NCBI GenBank assembly: GCA_002269645.1
Contig: NIVC01001587.1
Coordinates: forward strand, 124,001 to 188,000
Source: Macrostomum lignano
Taxonomy: Eukaryota
Length of the DNA: 64,000 nt
Direction: 5' to 3'
Positions 23,690-35,700 of this stretch are shown piece by piece; the stretch's first letter is position 1; each line of letters opens with the position of its first letter. Made by a program: the position numbers and the translations under genes. The notes beneath the pieces were generated by a model that saw only the letters and a program-made list of their open reading frames with translations, did not search any database and was not told the DNA's origin.

Positions 23690-24572
23690 GCTTTTGCTAT
23701 GAGCTACAGCTGACCATAGACAGCATTTGCTATGAGCTACAGCTGACCATAGAGAGACAGCATTTGCTATGAGCTACAGCTGACCATAGAGAGACAGCAT
23801 TTGCTATGAGCTACAGCTGACCATAGAGAGACAGCATTTGCTATGAGCTACAGCTGACCATAGACAGCATTTGCTATGAGCTACAGCTGACCATAGAGAG
23901 ACAGCATTTGCTATGAGCTACAGCTGACCATAGACAGCATTTGCTATGAGCTACAGCTGACCATAGACAGCATTTGCTATGAGCTACAGCTGACCATAGA
24001 GAGACAGCATTTGCTATGAGCTACAGCTGACCATAGACAGCATTTGCTATGAGCTACAGCTGACCATAGACAGCATTTGCTATGAGCTACAGCTGACCAT
24101 AGACAGCATTTGCTATGAGCTACAGCTGACCATAGAGAGACAGCATTTGCTATGAGCTACAGCTGACCATAGACAGCATTTGCTATGAGCTACAGCTGAC
24201 CATAGAGAGACAGCATTTGCTATGAGCTACAGCTGACCATAGACAGCATTTGCTATGAGCTACAGCTGACCATAGAGAGACAGCATTTGCTATGAGCTAC
24301 AGCTGACCATAGACAGCATTTGCTATGAGCTACAGCTGACCATGGACAGCATTTGCTATGAGCTACAGCTGACCATAGACAGCATTTGCTATGAGCTACA
24401 GCTGACCATAGACAGCATTTGCTATGAGCTACAGCTGACCATGGACAGCATTTGCTATGAGCTACAGCTGACCATAGACAGCATTTGCTATGAGCTACAG
24501 CTGACCATAGACAGCATTTGCTATGAGCTACAGCTGACCATGGACAGCATTTGCTATGAGCTACAGCTGACT
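23690..24572. repeat. 33/37-bp minisatellite in ARAP intron 6
   Basis: CTATGAGCTACAGCTGACCATAGA(GAGA)CAGCATTTG. Confidence 0.95.
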
Positions 24573-24645
24573 CTAAAAGCAGCTCATACCATGAGATTCA
24601 GTTGATAAAAGCATAATACAAAAAACCTTAAAATCCGGTTTCCAG

Positions 24646-24843
24646 GCTGACTCTTGCTGCCTATTCGAAACCATGGAAACGCTGGCTTCCGGGAGCGATC
24701 ACGTCACCACCTCGGACCAATGTGAAACTGACACTATGGAATCGGATGTGGCAGACGAGCTGGCTCGGGTCAATCAGTGCACCCAAATGGAGCGATTGGT
24801 TGATCCCAGAGAATTGGTTAAGCCCATACTCAATCGGTGGCAG
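24646..24843 (+). CDS. ARAP: ARAP-like exon 7 (RA domain end)
   Basis: TTTCCAG acceptor; CCLFE...MERLVDPRELVKPILNRW; CAG|GTGAGG donor; phase 0/0. Confidence 0.8.
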
Positions 24844-24959
24844 GTGAGGCGGCGTGAGGGGTTTTTAATATGCACTGCTAATAACGGATGTTTATTATTG
24901 CGGTTGCATAGACAACCTTGGGAAGTAATAAGAACTTGAATTATTAGTTAATTAGATAT

Positions 24960-25840
24960 AAGCAACTGTATGATAAGTTAGTTAGAGGTAAGCACCTGGA
25001 TGATTAGTTAGTTAGAGATAAGCACCTGGATGATTAGTTAGTTAGAGATAAGCACCTGGATGATTGGTTAGTTAGAGGTAAGCACCTGGATGATTAGTTA
25101 GTTAGAGATAAGCACCTGGATTATTAGTTAGTTAGAGATAAGCACCTGGATGATTGGTTAGTTAGAGGTAAGCACCTGGATGATCAGTTAGTTAGAGGTA
25201 AGCACCTGGATGATTGGTTAATTAGAGATAAGCACCTGGATGATTAGTTAGTTAGAGATAAGCACCTGGATGATTAGTTAGTTAGAGGTAAGCACCTGGA
25301 TGATTATTTAGTTAGAGGTAAGCACCTGGATGATTGGTTAATTAGAGATAAGCACCTGGATGATTAGTTAGTTAGAGATAAGCACCTGGATGATTAGTTA
25401 ATTAGAGATAAGCACCTGGGTGATTAGTTAATTAGCGATAAGCACCTGGATGATTAGTTAGTTAGAGATAAGCACCTGGATGATTGGTTAGTTAGAGGTA
25501 AGCACCTGGATGATTAGTTAGTTAGAGATAAGCACCTGGATTATTAGTTAGTTAGAGATAAGCACCTGGATGATTGGTTAGTTAGAGGTAAGCACCTGGA
25601 TGATTATCTAGTTAGAGGTAAGCACCTGGATGATTAGTTAGTTAGAGATAAGCACCTGGATGATTAGTTAGTTAGAGATAAGCACCTGGATGATTAGTTA
25701 ATTAGAGATAAGCACCTGGATGATTGGTTAATTAGAGATAAGCACCTGGATGATTGGTTAATTAGAGATAAGCACCTGGATGATTGGTTAATTAGAGATA
25801 AGCACCTGGATGATTGGTTAATTAGAGATAAGTACTTGGA
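24960..25840. repeat. 30-bp minisatellite in ARAP intron 7
   Basis: AGCACCTGGATGATTAGTTAGTTAGAG(A/G)TA. Confidence 0.95.
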
Positions 25841-25955
25841 TAATTATAAAATGATAAACTATACAAGTGAATAAGTGAATCAATTTTGCGGTAATAGGAA
25901 AGAAAACACGGCTAAAATCATAAATCAATCACTCACAATTTGTTAAATATGGCAG

Positions 25956-26311
25956 GCCTGGGCCTCCGAGTCCAGCGGAATGTCGTACTACGCCACTCGG
26001 ATGCGCTTCCGATTGCGCGAGTATTCGGCCTCCGCCTGGCCAGTTTTCTACGGCCAGGATAACATACTGGTTGAGCGCAAATTCTATACCAATGTTCGGG
26101 CTGAGTACTGCGGACCCCGCACCCCTGCATCCAAGCTGGCCGGCTGTTTGGCCACTCTAGACGGGCACGAGCTCATTCTGACGCCGTCTGGTGGCCGGCT
26201 GGCCGCTCTGCCCGGCATACAGAAACTGCAGAGTCTCGGACAGGGACACATGCTGTCCCCTGTGCGCCTGGGGCTTGCCGATCACTACCTGTTCTATGGG
26301 GCCGATCTGAG
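25956..26311 (+). CDS. ARAP: ARAP-like exon 8 (C-terminal PH-like region)
   Basis: Phase 0 acceptor GGCAG; open GC-rich frame; donor GAG|GTGTGC phase 2. Confidence 0.7.
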
Positions 26312-26354
26312 GTGTGCGAGTTATTCACTTGACACATCATTTCAACTTATTTAT

Positions 26355-27417
26355 TCTCTCAGATCCCCACTTCTTCCAGCTCCCCCTGCATTGTCTCAGA
26401 TCCTCACTTCTCCCAGATCCCCCTGCACTGCCTCAGATCCTCACTTCTCCCAGATCCCCTGCATTGTCTCAGATCCCCACTTCTCCCAGATCCCCCTGCA
26501 TTGTCTCAGATCCTCACTTCTCCCAGATCCCCCTGCATTATCTCAGATCCTCACTTCTCCCAGATCCCCTGCATTGTCTCAGATCCTCACTTCTCCCAGA
26601 TCCCCCTGCATTGTCTCAGATCCTCACTTCTCCCAGGTCCCCCTGCATTGTCTCAGATCCCCCTGCACTGTCTCAGATCCTCACTTCTCCCAGATGCCCC
26701 TGCATTGTCTCAGATCCCCCTGCACTGTCTCAGATCCTCACTTCTTCCAGATCCCCCTGCATTGTCTCAGATCCCCACTTCTTCCAGATCCCCCTGCACT
26801 GTCTCAGATCCTCACTTCTCCCAGATCCCCCTGCATTGTCTCAGATCCCCCTGCACTGTCTCAGATCCTCACTTCTCCCAGATCCCCCTGCATTGTCTCA
26901 GATCCTCACTTCTCCCAGATCCCCCTGCACTGTCTCAGATCCTCACTTCTCCCAGATCCCCCTGCATTGTCTCAGATCCCCACTTCTTCCAGATCCCCCT
27001 GCAATGTCTCAGATCCTCACTTCTCCCAGATCCCCCTGCATTGTCTCAGATCCTCACTTCTCCCAGATCCCCCTGCACTGCCTCAGATCCTCACTTCTCC
27101 CAGATCCCCCTGCACTGCCTCAGATCCTCACTTCTCCCAGATCCCCCTGCACTGCCTCAGATCCTCACTTCTCCCAGATCCCCCTGCATTGTCTCAGATC
27201 CCCACTTCTTCCAGATCCCCCTGCACTGTCTCAGATCCTCACTTCTCCCAGATCCCCCTGCATTGTCTCAGATCCTCACTTCTCCCAGATCCCCCTGCAC
27301 TGCCTCAGATCCTCACTTCTCCCAGATCCCCCTGCACTGTCTCAGATCCTCACTTCTCCCAGATCCCCCTGCACTGTCTCAGATCCTCGCTTCTCCCAGA
27401 TCCCCCTGCATTGTCTC
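26355..27417. repeat. About 37-bp minisatellite in ARAP intron 8
   Basis: CTCAGATCCTCACTTCTCCCAGATCCCCCTGCA(C/T)TGT. Confidence 0.95.
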
Positions 27418-27450
27418 ATTCGAACTTCTTTTCAAAAAACCGAATTTCAG

Positions 27451-27667
27451 GCGGCTAGGCCGTTCGGATCGAGGCGAGAAACGCTGCCGAGCCTTCACCC
27501 TGATGTCACTTCACGAAGGCCTGGGCGGCGGCGGTGCTGATGTCGGCGGTAGCGGCGGCTTCCTCGGGCACACGATCGTGTTCCCAAAGAAGGAAGAGGA
27601 TCAGTTCAAACCGTTTTTCACCCAGGCCATGCGCATTCTTGACGAGCTGGGCCGCTCGTCTGTGTGA
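27451..27667 (+). CDS. ARAP: ARAP-like exon 9 (terminal; ends RSSV*)
   Basis: TTTCAG acceptor phase 2 matches exon 8; TGA at 27665-27667; C-terminal S-x-V resembles a class I PDZ ligand. Confidence 0.75.
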
Positions 27668-27788
27668 TAGTTATGACTGTTCTGTAACCATAGCATGAAT
27701 GGGATTTGCTTGGGCTTAATCTGCACACATTTATGTTGGTTGTTAGTTAATATTCACCCCATTCCGATTTTTATGTGTTTTTATTAGT

Positions 27789-28072
27789 GTGCACCCTGGC
27801 GCTCTTTAAGCACAAGCGGCGAGAGGCATTACTGCCCATTCCACCGACTCCCCTGGGCGGGCACACACTCACACAGGAGTATACAGCGGCCATCTATCGT
27901 TAGGCATGTACACTTCACCGCGTCTTGAGGGTTGAGGCCCCTCAAGAGCGTTAATTGCATGAGCAGAGCCAAGCTGAGATTCCAATTCAGCCCCAAATTA
28001 ATGTGACTGCACTTGGAATCGAGCCCGGGCCGCTGGCACATGAGAGCGCCGCGCCAGACCACTGCGGCTACG
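27789..28072 (-). mobile_element. tRNA-derived SINE family B copy
   Basis: Colinear with 3276-3617, including GGAATCGAGCC (B box, reverse complement). Confidence 0.8.
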
Positions 28073-29109
28073 GCAACTCTCCGTATTCTATCAGTGGAAA
28101 ACAATTAAAATTTCAAACTATTCCAGCCAAACGCACTACTAGCCTACTTGCAAGTAGTTAAATGCGCGAGTTTCAGTTGTTTACCAATAATTATATTTTT
28201 GTCAATGCTTCTCTGTCTCGATAAATGATTAATTTTTTGTCTAGATTGATAATTGATGTATTGGACTGCATGTATTCATTAAAAATAGGCCATTTTAGCT
28301 GTGGCGAAAATTATCCTAATGTAAATATCAGCCCTCGCTAAGTATGTGTGTAAAAATATTTAATCAAAGATAATACGTGCCTATACTAATCAGACTCAAT
28401 CAGTGTGGTGCTTTTTCTACACAAAGCGATACCTTTTTTCTGTGATGACGTTTGTATTAATTATACTTATATAATACTAATAGTAATGACTTTTTTAGTC
28501 CAATAGAGTATGTTTTTTTACAGAATTGCACAATATACTACTGATTACTAATTCAATTAAGTACATTATTCCAATAGATTAGGCTTCAATATCATCGAAA
28601 TTGGTGTATCATTTTTTATTAGATAAACCAATTAAAGGCTTAGCCAGGTGCTGATACACGTAGAAAATGCGATTTGATTTCAGTTTTTTTTACCCAGATG
28701 GCCTCCAGCTTTATTGGAGTTTTTTTCTTCTGTTTACAAATGATTGCATGTGATTAATATGCACGCCACTGTTGTGCCTGTATCCAAGGCCTTCAATTTG
28801 AACTCTGATTTCATAAGCACTATTTTTGTCATTCAAATTCCTCCATTACTGTAATTATTGTTGTACTTTTTAACAATAACCCATTTGCTGTTTGATGAGC
28901 TAACTGTGCCATTGCATGCCCTGCATATGTTGCAGATATTTCTTTCTTGTTTTTAATAATGAACTTCTTATTAATATAGCGCTTCCAGCACACTTCTCCC
29001 CAAGTATATTCAAATATACAAATCATATTTAATATTCTTTTTTATTACAATCGCTTTTCACTATGCACATTATTTATCTGTGACGTCTCCGCTTGTTAAT
29101 TGCAATGCT

Positions 29110-29770
29110 GAGTCCGCTTCAGTCACCCTCAGTGTCACTCCCACTGCACCTCATTTCAGTCACCCTCAGTGTCACTCCCACTGCACCTCATTTCAGTCAC
29201 CCTCAGTGTCACTCCCACTGCACCTCATTTCAGTCACTCTCACTACACCTCATTTCAGTCACTCTCACTACACCTCATTTCAGTCACTCTCAGTGTCACT
29301 CTCACTGCTCCTCATTTCAGTCACTCTCACTACACCTATTTCAGTCACTCTCAGTGTCACTCTCACTGCACCTCATTTCAGTCACCCTCAGTGTCACTCT
29401 CACTGCACCTCATTTCAGTCACTCTCAGTGTCACTCTCACTGCACCTCATTTCAGTCACCCTCAGTGTCACTCTCACTGCACCTCATTTCAGTCACCCTC
29501 AGTGTCACTCTCACTGCTCCTCATTTCAGTCACTCTCACTACACCTATTTCAGTCACTCTCAGTGTCACTCTCACTGCACCTCATTTCAGTCACCCTCAG
29601 TGTCACTCTCACTGCACCTCATTTCAGTCACCCTCAGTGTCACTCTCACTGCACCTCATTTCAGTCACTCTCACTACATGTACTTCTCATTTCAGTCACC
29701 CTCAGTGTCACTCTCGCTACACCTCACTTCAGTCACCCTCAATAATCTCATTTTAGTCACTCTCACTGTC
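29110..29770. repeat. About 37-bp minisatellite (CACTCTCACTGCACCTCATTTCAGTCACCCTCAGTGT variants)
   Basis: Direct inspection; produces spurious His/Ser-rich ORFs. Confidence 0.95.
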
Positions 29771-30097
29771 ACTGCTTCATCTGACCCTAACAGCTAGCTG
29801 AAACGCGAATCCCTACTATGTGTGAGTAGTAAGTAATTAGCGCTAACATTGCTCTCACTTCTATTATTTACTTTCATGTTGCTGCATCAGGTGCCGAGGT
29901 GACCAAACACCAATAGCAGAATAGGCTAAACTGACGTCATCATGCCGCTTCTAAAAAGCTGTCATTAAATTCATAATTCTAGCATATAGTTATTGTGCAT
30001 TCTGTCATTCAGCATCTCCTGTCATATCAGTTCCAACAAGTTCGCTTGCACTAACAGACGGCATCCGGCATCCTAAGGAAAAATCTGAAATAAAACC

Positions 30098-30242
30098 ATG
30101 GCCACCGTGCCCGCCGCTGTGCCCTCGGACCGGGTGAACCTTCGCCTGCTGTTGGTCAGCGGCAGCTCGCACTGCTTCTTGTTCAGTCCGGACGACTGCG
30201 CCCAGGAGATTACAGACTTTGTCTATAATAACTGGCCTGAAG
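30098..30242 (+). CDS. UBL3: Ubiquitin-like protein 3 (membrane-anchored ubiquitin fold) exon 1
   Basis: MATVPAAVPSDRVNLRLLLVSGSSHCFLFSPDDCAQEITDFVYNNWPE matches UBL3 VPADMINLRLILVSG...FLFSPNDSA...VYDNWP; donor G|GTGAGC phase 1 (missed by ORF track). Confidence 0.92.
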
Positions 30243-30271
30243 GTGAGCACTAATGCGGCCTCGCTCCTTTC

Positions 30272-31225
30272 AGGAATCGCCCCAAAGCAGCTTCAAGAAC
30301 CGCCCCAAAGCTTCAAGAATCGCCCCAAATCAGCCCCAAGTATCGCCCCAAATCAGCCCCAAGAATCGCCCCAAATCAGCCCCAAGAATCGCCCCAAATC
30401 AGCCCCAAGAATCGCCCCAAATCAGCCCCAAGAATCGCCCCAAATCAGCCCCAAGAATCGCCCCAAATCAGCCCCAAGAATCGCCCCAAATCAGCCCCAA
30501 GAATCGCCCCAAATCAGCCCCAAGAATCGCCCCAAATCAGCCCCAAGAATCGCGAATCACCCCAAATCTGCCTCAAGAATCGCCCCAAATCAGCCCCAAG
30601 AATCGCCCCAAAGCAGCTCCAAGAATCACCCCAAATCTGCCTCAAGAATCACCCCAAATCAGCCCCAAGAATCGCGAATCACCCCAAATCTGCCTCAAGA
30701 ATCACCCCAAATCAGCCCCAAGAATCGCCCCAAAGCAGCTCCAAGAATCACCCCAAATCTGCCTCAAGAATCACCCCAAATCAGCCCCAAGAATCACCCC
30801 AAGAATCGCCCCAAAGCAGCTCCAAGGATCGCCCCAAATCCGCCCCAAGAATCGCCCCAAAGCAGCTTCAAGAATCGCCCCAAATCCGCCCCAAAGCAGC
30901 TTCAAGAATCGCCCCAAATCAGCCCCAAGAATCGCCCCAAATCAGCCCCAAGAATCGCCCCAAAGCAGCTTCAAGAATCGCCCCAAATCAGCCCCAAGAA
31001 TCACCCCAAATCAGCCCCAAGAATCGCCCCAAATCAGCCCCAAGAATCGCCCCAAGAATCGCCCCAAAGCAGCTTCAAGAATCGCCCCAAATCAGCCCCA
31101 AGAATCACCCCAAATCAGCCCCAAGAATCACCCCAAATCAGCCCCAAGAATCACCCCAAATCAGCCCCAAGAATCACCCCAAATCAGCCCCAAGAATCAC
31201 CCCAAGAATCGCCCCAAATCAGCCC
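30272..31225. repeat. 23-bp minisatellite in UBL3 intron 1
   Basis: CCCCAAGAATCGCCCCAAATCAG variants. Confidence 0.95.
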
Positions 31226-31287
31226 CTGAGAACCAACCCTTCCTTCAATCAGCCCTAATCGCTCCAACCGCCACCCGCTCTCTGCAG

Positions 31288-31452
31288 ACTGGTCGCAAGC
31301 CGAACGGCCAGCCTCCAACATTCTGCGCCTCATCTATCAGGGCCGGTTTCTGCACCGCAGCGTTACTCTGGCCGCTCTGCGACTGCCCCCGGGCGGCACC
31401 ACCGTTATGCATTTAGTTGCCAGGGACTCTGCTCCCGAGCCGCGCGCCGATG
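31288..31452 (+). CDS. UBL3: UBL3 exon 2
   Basis: NILRLIYQGRFLH...TTVMHLVAR nearly identical to UBL3; phase 1/1. Confidence 0.92.
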
Positions 31453-31524
31453 GTGAGCGAACTGATGATCATTATTTTGTCGCGAATACTGCCCTCGGTT
31501 GTCCGCAGCCCTGCCCTCCCAATA

Positions 31525-32350
31525 CCTCAGGAATCGATCCCAGTCCTCAGGTGTCAATTCCAGTCCTCAGGAATCGATCCCAGTTCTCAGCAATCAATCC
31601 CAGTTCTCAGCAATCGATCCCAGTCCTCAGGAATCGATCCCAGTCCTCAGGAATCGATCCCAGTTCTCAGCAATCAATCCCAGTCCTCAGCAATCAATCC
31701 CAGTTCTCAGCAATCAATCCCAGTCCTCAGCAATCAATCCCAGTTCTCAGCAATCAATCCCAGTCCTCAGCAATCAATCCCAGTCCTCAGCAATCGATCC
31801 CAGTCCTCAGCAATCGATCCCAGTTTTCAAGAATCGATCCCAGTTTTCAAGAATCGATCCCAGTCCTCAGGAATCGATCCCAGTCCTCAGCAATCGATCC
31901 CAGTCCTCAGCAATCGATCCCAGTTTTCAAGAATCGATCCCAGTTCTCAGCAATCAATCCCAGTCCTCAGCAATCAATCCCAGTTCTCAGCAATCAATCC
32001 CAGTCCTCAGCAATCGATCCCAGTCTTCAGCAATCAATCCCAATCCTCAGGAATCGATCCCAGTCCTCAGAAATCGATCCCAGTCCTCAGGAATCGATCC
32101 CAGTTCTCAGGAATCGATCCCATTTCTCAGAAATCGATCCCATTTCTCAGCAATCAATCCCAGTCCTCAGAAATCCATCCCAGTCCTCAGGAATCCATCC
32201 CAGTCCTCTGAAATCCATCCCAGTCCTCAGGAATCCATCCCAGTCCTCAGGAATCCATCCCAGTCCTCAGGAATCCATCCCAGTCCTCTGAAATCCATCC
32301 CAGTCCTCAGGAATCCATCCCAGTCCTCAGAAATCCATCCCAGTCCTCAG
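31525..32350. repeat. 20-bp minisatellite in UBL3 intron 2
   Basis: CCCAGT(C/T)CTCAG(C/G)AATC(G/A)AT. Confidence 0.95.
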
Positions 32351-32376
32351 GTATATCAAACCACTCTTTCGTGCAG

Positions 32377-32444
32377 ACGAGCGTCGCCGCGCTAAAGGAG
32401 GAATCTGCTGCTGCTGCTGCAACGGCTGCTGCTGTGTACTTTAG
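32377..32444 (+). CDS. UBL3: UBL3 exon 3 (poly-Cys tail, CaaX-like CCVL*)
   Basis: GTGCAG acceptor phase 1; (D)ERRRAKGGICCCCCNGCCCVL*; total protein 125 aa. Confidence 0.88.
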
Positions 32445-32479
32445 CGCTTTAGTCCATGGTCTGAGACTATGGACTAGTC

Positions 32480-32895
32480 ATAGGCCATTCTTTGTTTGAA
32501 CTTTTAGTACATTTTTGCTTGTTTTCATTTACTCTACTATTTCTTAAGTATTAGTAGAGATAGTATTAGTATTTATAGTAAGTCTTTAGTTTAGACTTTA
32601 GAAATACTTTAGAAATAGTAGTGTCTAGTAATATTACTATTTAGAAATAGTAGTATTACCGTAGAAAGTCAATGGCCGCCTGCGTGTACAGTATTGGCGC
32701 GCTATGTATATTGGGTTGTAGCCTAGTGGTTAGATCGTCGGACTCACGACTGAAAGGTCGGGGGTTCGATTCTCGATCCTACCGGAACAATTTGTGTCCT
32801 TGAGCAAGGCACTTAACTACCCCCAGCTAATGCTGGCACCCATTTTACAGCTGGCGAGAACTGAAGCAATGCAGAGTTGAGGGTGTGTGGCGACC
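32480..32895 (+). repeat. About 415-bp direct duplication, copy 1 (UBL3 3' flank plus 5' part of SINE A)
   Basis: ATAGGCCATTCTTTGTTTGAAC... recurs almost identically at 35701. Confidence 0.9.
32713..32895 (+). mobile_element. SINE family A copy, 3'-truncated, with inverted CORE segment
   Basis: A box TAGCCTAGTGG, B box GGTTCGATTC; 32821-32873 is the reverse complement of the corresponding part of the 1329 copy. Confidence 0.85.
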
Positions 32896-33409
32896 CGCTT
32901 TAGACTTTAGACTGGCTTGGCGTTTTCGGCCAAGTCGCTCCGTTTTTCTCTCTGAGCTTTCTTTGATCCTTCACAGCAATCAACAATAGCCCTTACTTAA
33001 AGAAGAGTTAAAATGTAGAAAACCATCCAGTTTGACTGATTTTTCTTAAATTGAATGCGTTTATTGTTTTATTGGACACTGACAGGCATACCTCCACGTT
33101 TTATTGCAATTTTTTCTCTATATTTCTATTATAAGTTGGTCCGTTTGTTATTAACGTTTTATTGTGTTGCAAATTTTCTAGTGCATCTGTAAATTTGAAT
33201 TTTTTGTACACAAACTTTTATTTAGACTCTTGTTGGTATGGATTAGTCTGTGTCGCGTTTTTTTGTTTGTTTAACTGCATGTTTTCATTTTTTTCGAAAT
33301 TTTCATCGCCTAATTTTTTCGATAACTCGATAACTTTAGGTATTTCTTAATTACTCAAAACGTATTTTTCTCCGTGTAACGAAAGCACCCACCGCTTAGT
33401 TAAAAAATA

Positions 33410-34900
33410 TGATCGAGTGCTCAGTTAGATGATCTGAGAGAGTGCCCAGTTAGATGATCTGATCGAGTGCTCAGTTAGATGATCTGAGAGAGTGCTCAGT
33501 TGATGATCTGTTAGAGTGCTCAGTTAGATAATCTGAGAGAGTGCTCAGTTAGATGATCTGATAGAGTGCCCAGTTAGATGATCTGATCGAGTGCTCAGTT
33601 AGATGATCTGAGAGAGTGCTCAGTTGATGATCTGTTAGAGTGCTCAGTTAGATAATCTGAGAGAGTGCTCAGTTAGATGATCTGATAGAGTGCTCAGTTA
33701 GATGATCTGAGAGAGTGCTCAGTTAGATGATCTAAGAGAGTGCTCAGTTGATGATTTGTTAGAGTGCTCAGTTAGATGATCTGTTAGAGTGCTCAGTTAG
33801 ATGGTCTGAGAGAGTGCCCAGTTAGATGATCTGATCGAGTGCTCAGTTAGATGATCTGAGAGAGTGCTCAGTTGATGATCTGTTAGAGTGCTCAGTTAGA
33901 TGATCTAAGAGAGTGCTCAGTTAGATGGTCTGAGAGAGTGCCCAGTTAGATGATCTGATCGAGTGCTCAGTTAGATGATCTGAGAGAGTGCTCAGTTGAT
34001 GATCTGTTAGAGTGCTCAGTTGATGATCTGTTAGAGTGCTCAGTTAGATGATCTGAGAGAGTGCTCAGTTAGATGATCTGATAGAGTGCTCAGTTAGATG
34101 ATCTGAGAGAGTGCTCAGTTAGATGATCTGAGAGAGTGCTCAGTTAGATGGTCTGAGAGAGTGCTCAGTTAGATGATCTGTTAGAGTGCTCAGTTAGATT
34201 ATCTAAGAGAGTGCTCAGTTAGATGGTCTGAGAGAGTGCTCAGTTAGATGGTCTGAGAGAGTGCTCAGTTAGATGGTCTGAGAGAGTGCTCAGTTAGATG
34301 ATCTGAGAGATTGCTCAGTTAGATGATCTGAGAGAGTGCTCAGTTAGATGATCTGAGAGAGTGCTCAGTTAGATGATCTGAGAGAGTGCTCAGTTAGATG
34401 ATCTGAGAGAGTGCTCAGTTAGATGGTCTGAGAGAGTGCTCAGTTAGATGATCTGAGAGAGTGCTCAGTTAGATGATCTGAGAGAGTGCTCAGTTAGATG
34501 GTCTGAGAGAGTGCTCAGTTATATGATCTGAGAGAGTGCTCAGTTAGATGGTCTGAGAGAGTGCTCAGTTAGATGATCTGAGAGAGTGCTCAGTTAGATG
34601 ATCTGATAGAGTGCCCAGTTAGATGATTTGATAGAGTGCTCAGTTAGATGATCTGAGAGAGTGCTCAGTTAGATGGTCTGAGAGAGTGCTCAGTTATATG
34701 ATCTGAGAGAGTGCTCAGTTAGATGATCTGAGAGAGTGCCCAGTTAGATGATTTGATAGAGTGCTCAGTTAGATGATCTGAGAGAGTGCTCAGTTAGATG
34801 ATCTGAGAGAGTGCCCAGTTAGATGATCTGATAGAGTGCTCAGTTAGATGATCTGAGAGAGTGCTCAGTTAGATGATCTGAGAGAGTGCTGAGATGATCC
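33410..34900. repeat. 25-bp minisatellite (AGATGATCTGAGAGAGTGCTCAGTT)n
   Basis: About 60 copies. Confidence 0.95.
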
Positions 34901-35499
34901 AATTAAGTGCTCAGTTCGTGGATGCCATGAAGTGCTGATATTGCTGGATTTCTGTCAAAATTCGATTCTTAAGTTCTTAAACAAAGGAATTCTCGACTAA
35001 ACTACTTGTAGATGTCAGTAGTAGTATATGGATTCCGCATAATTTCTATTTTAGCCGCTTGATAATGTATTTCCCGTCATTGTAAGTTCTTCTCACCCCC
35101 TGTTTAATATGTAAAATTTTTGTAAATAACGTCCTGCACATTACACTTCCTACTGTAAGTTTTTGTCATGATTGTGAAATATATATTTTCGATTTTTTCT
35201 TTAACAGTGGAACTGCTTGTGTCTAACGCAAATATTTGATTGTATTCTAGCAATTCTTATCAATGCTTATAATTTAATATTGTGTGTGTCCACTGGAATT
35301 GTTTGTACACAGAAGTGAACATTTTAGCAACAAAAAATATAAGTATAAACATTTATAAGATTTTAGCGGTCACAGAGAGATACAGTCTGATCTATAATTT
35401 GCTGGTTATGGGTTTATGTTTATTCATTTATTAAGTTACGAAAATTTCGTTTTGACGTAATGCTGCGCCGTATCGCTCTTGCGGCAAATTGGCTTTGAG

Positions 35500-35660
35500 C
35501 TTGGTCTACCCCGATTCGCCGATCCCAGCTCGCCGAATCCTGGTTCGCCGATTCCTGGTTCGCCGAAATTCCCGAGTCGCCTATTCCCGATTCGCCGATT
35601 CCTGATTTGCCGAAATTCCTGATTTGCCGAATTCACATATTCGGCCAATTCGTACTACGT
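35500..35660. repeat. Cluster of TTCGCCGA-type short repeats, probably one arm of a foldback/TIR element
   Basis: About 9 imperfect copies, organised like the arms at 7305-8069; no partner arm seen. Confidence 0.5.
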
Positions 35661-35700
35661 CGAATATCTGGTAATGCCTGTGGCCTGTGCTAGCAAATAG

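Noticed and set aside
28288-28702. GGCCAT...ATGGCC as TIRs of a MITE
   Set aside because: Only a 6-7 bp match, no TSD and no second copy
32713-32785. Possible tRNA genes here and at 35926
   Set aside because: A and B boxes are present, but there is no acceptor-stem pairing and they run into a SINE body and tail; treated as SINE heads
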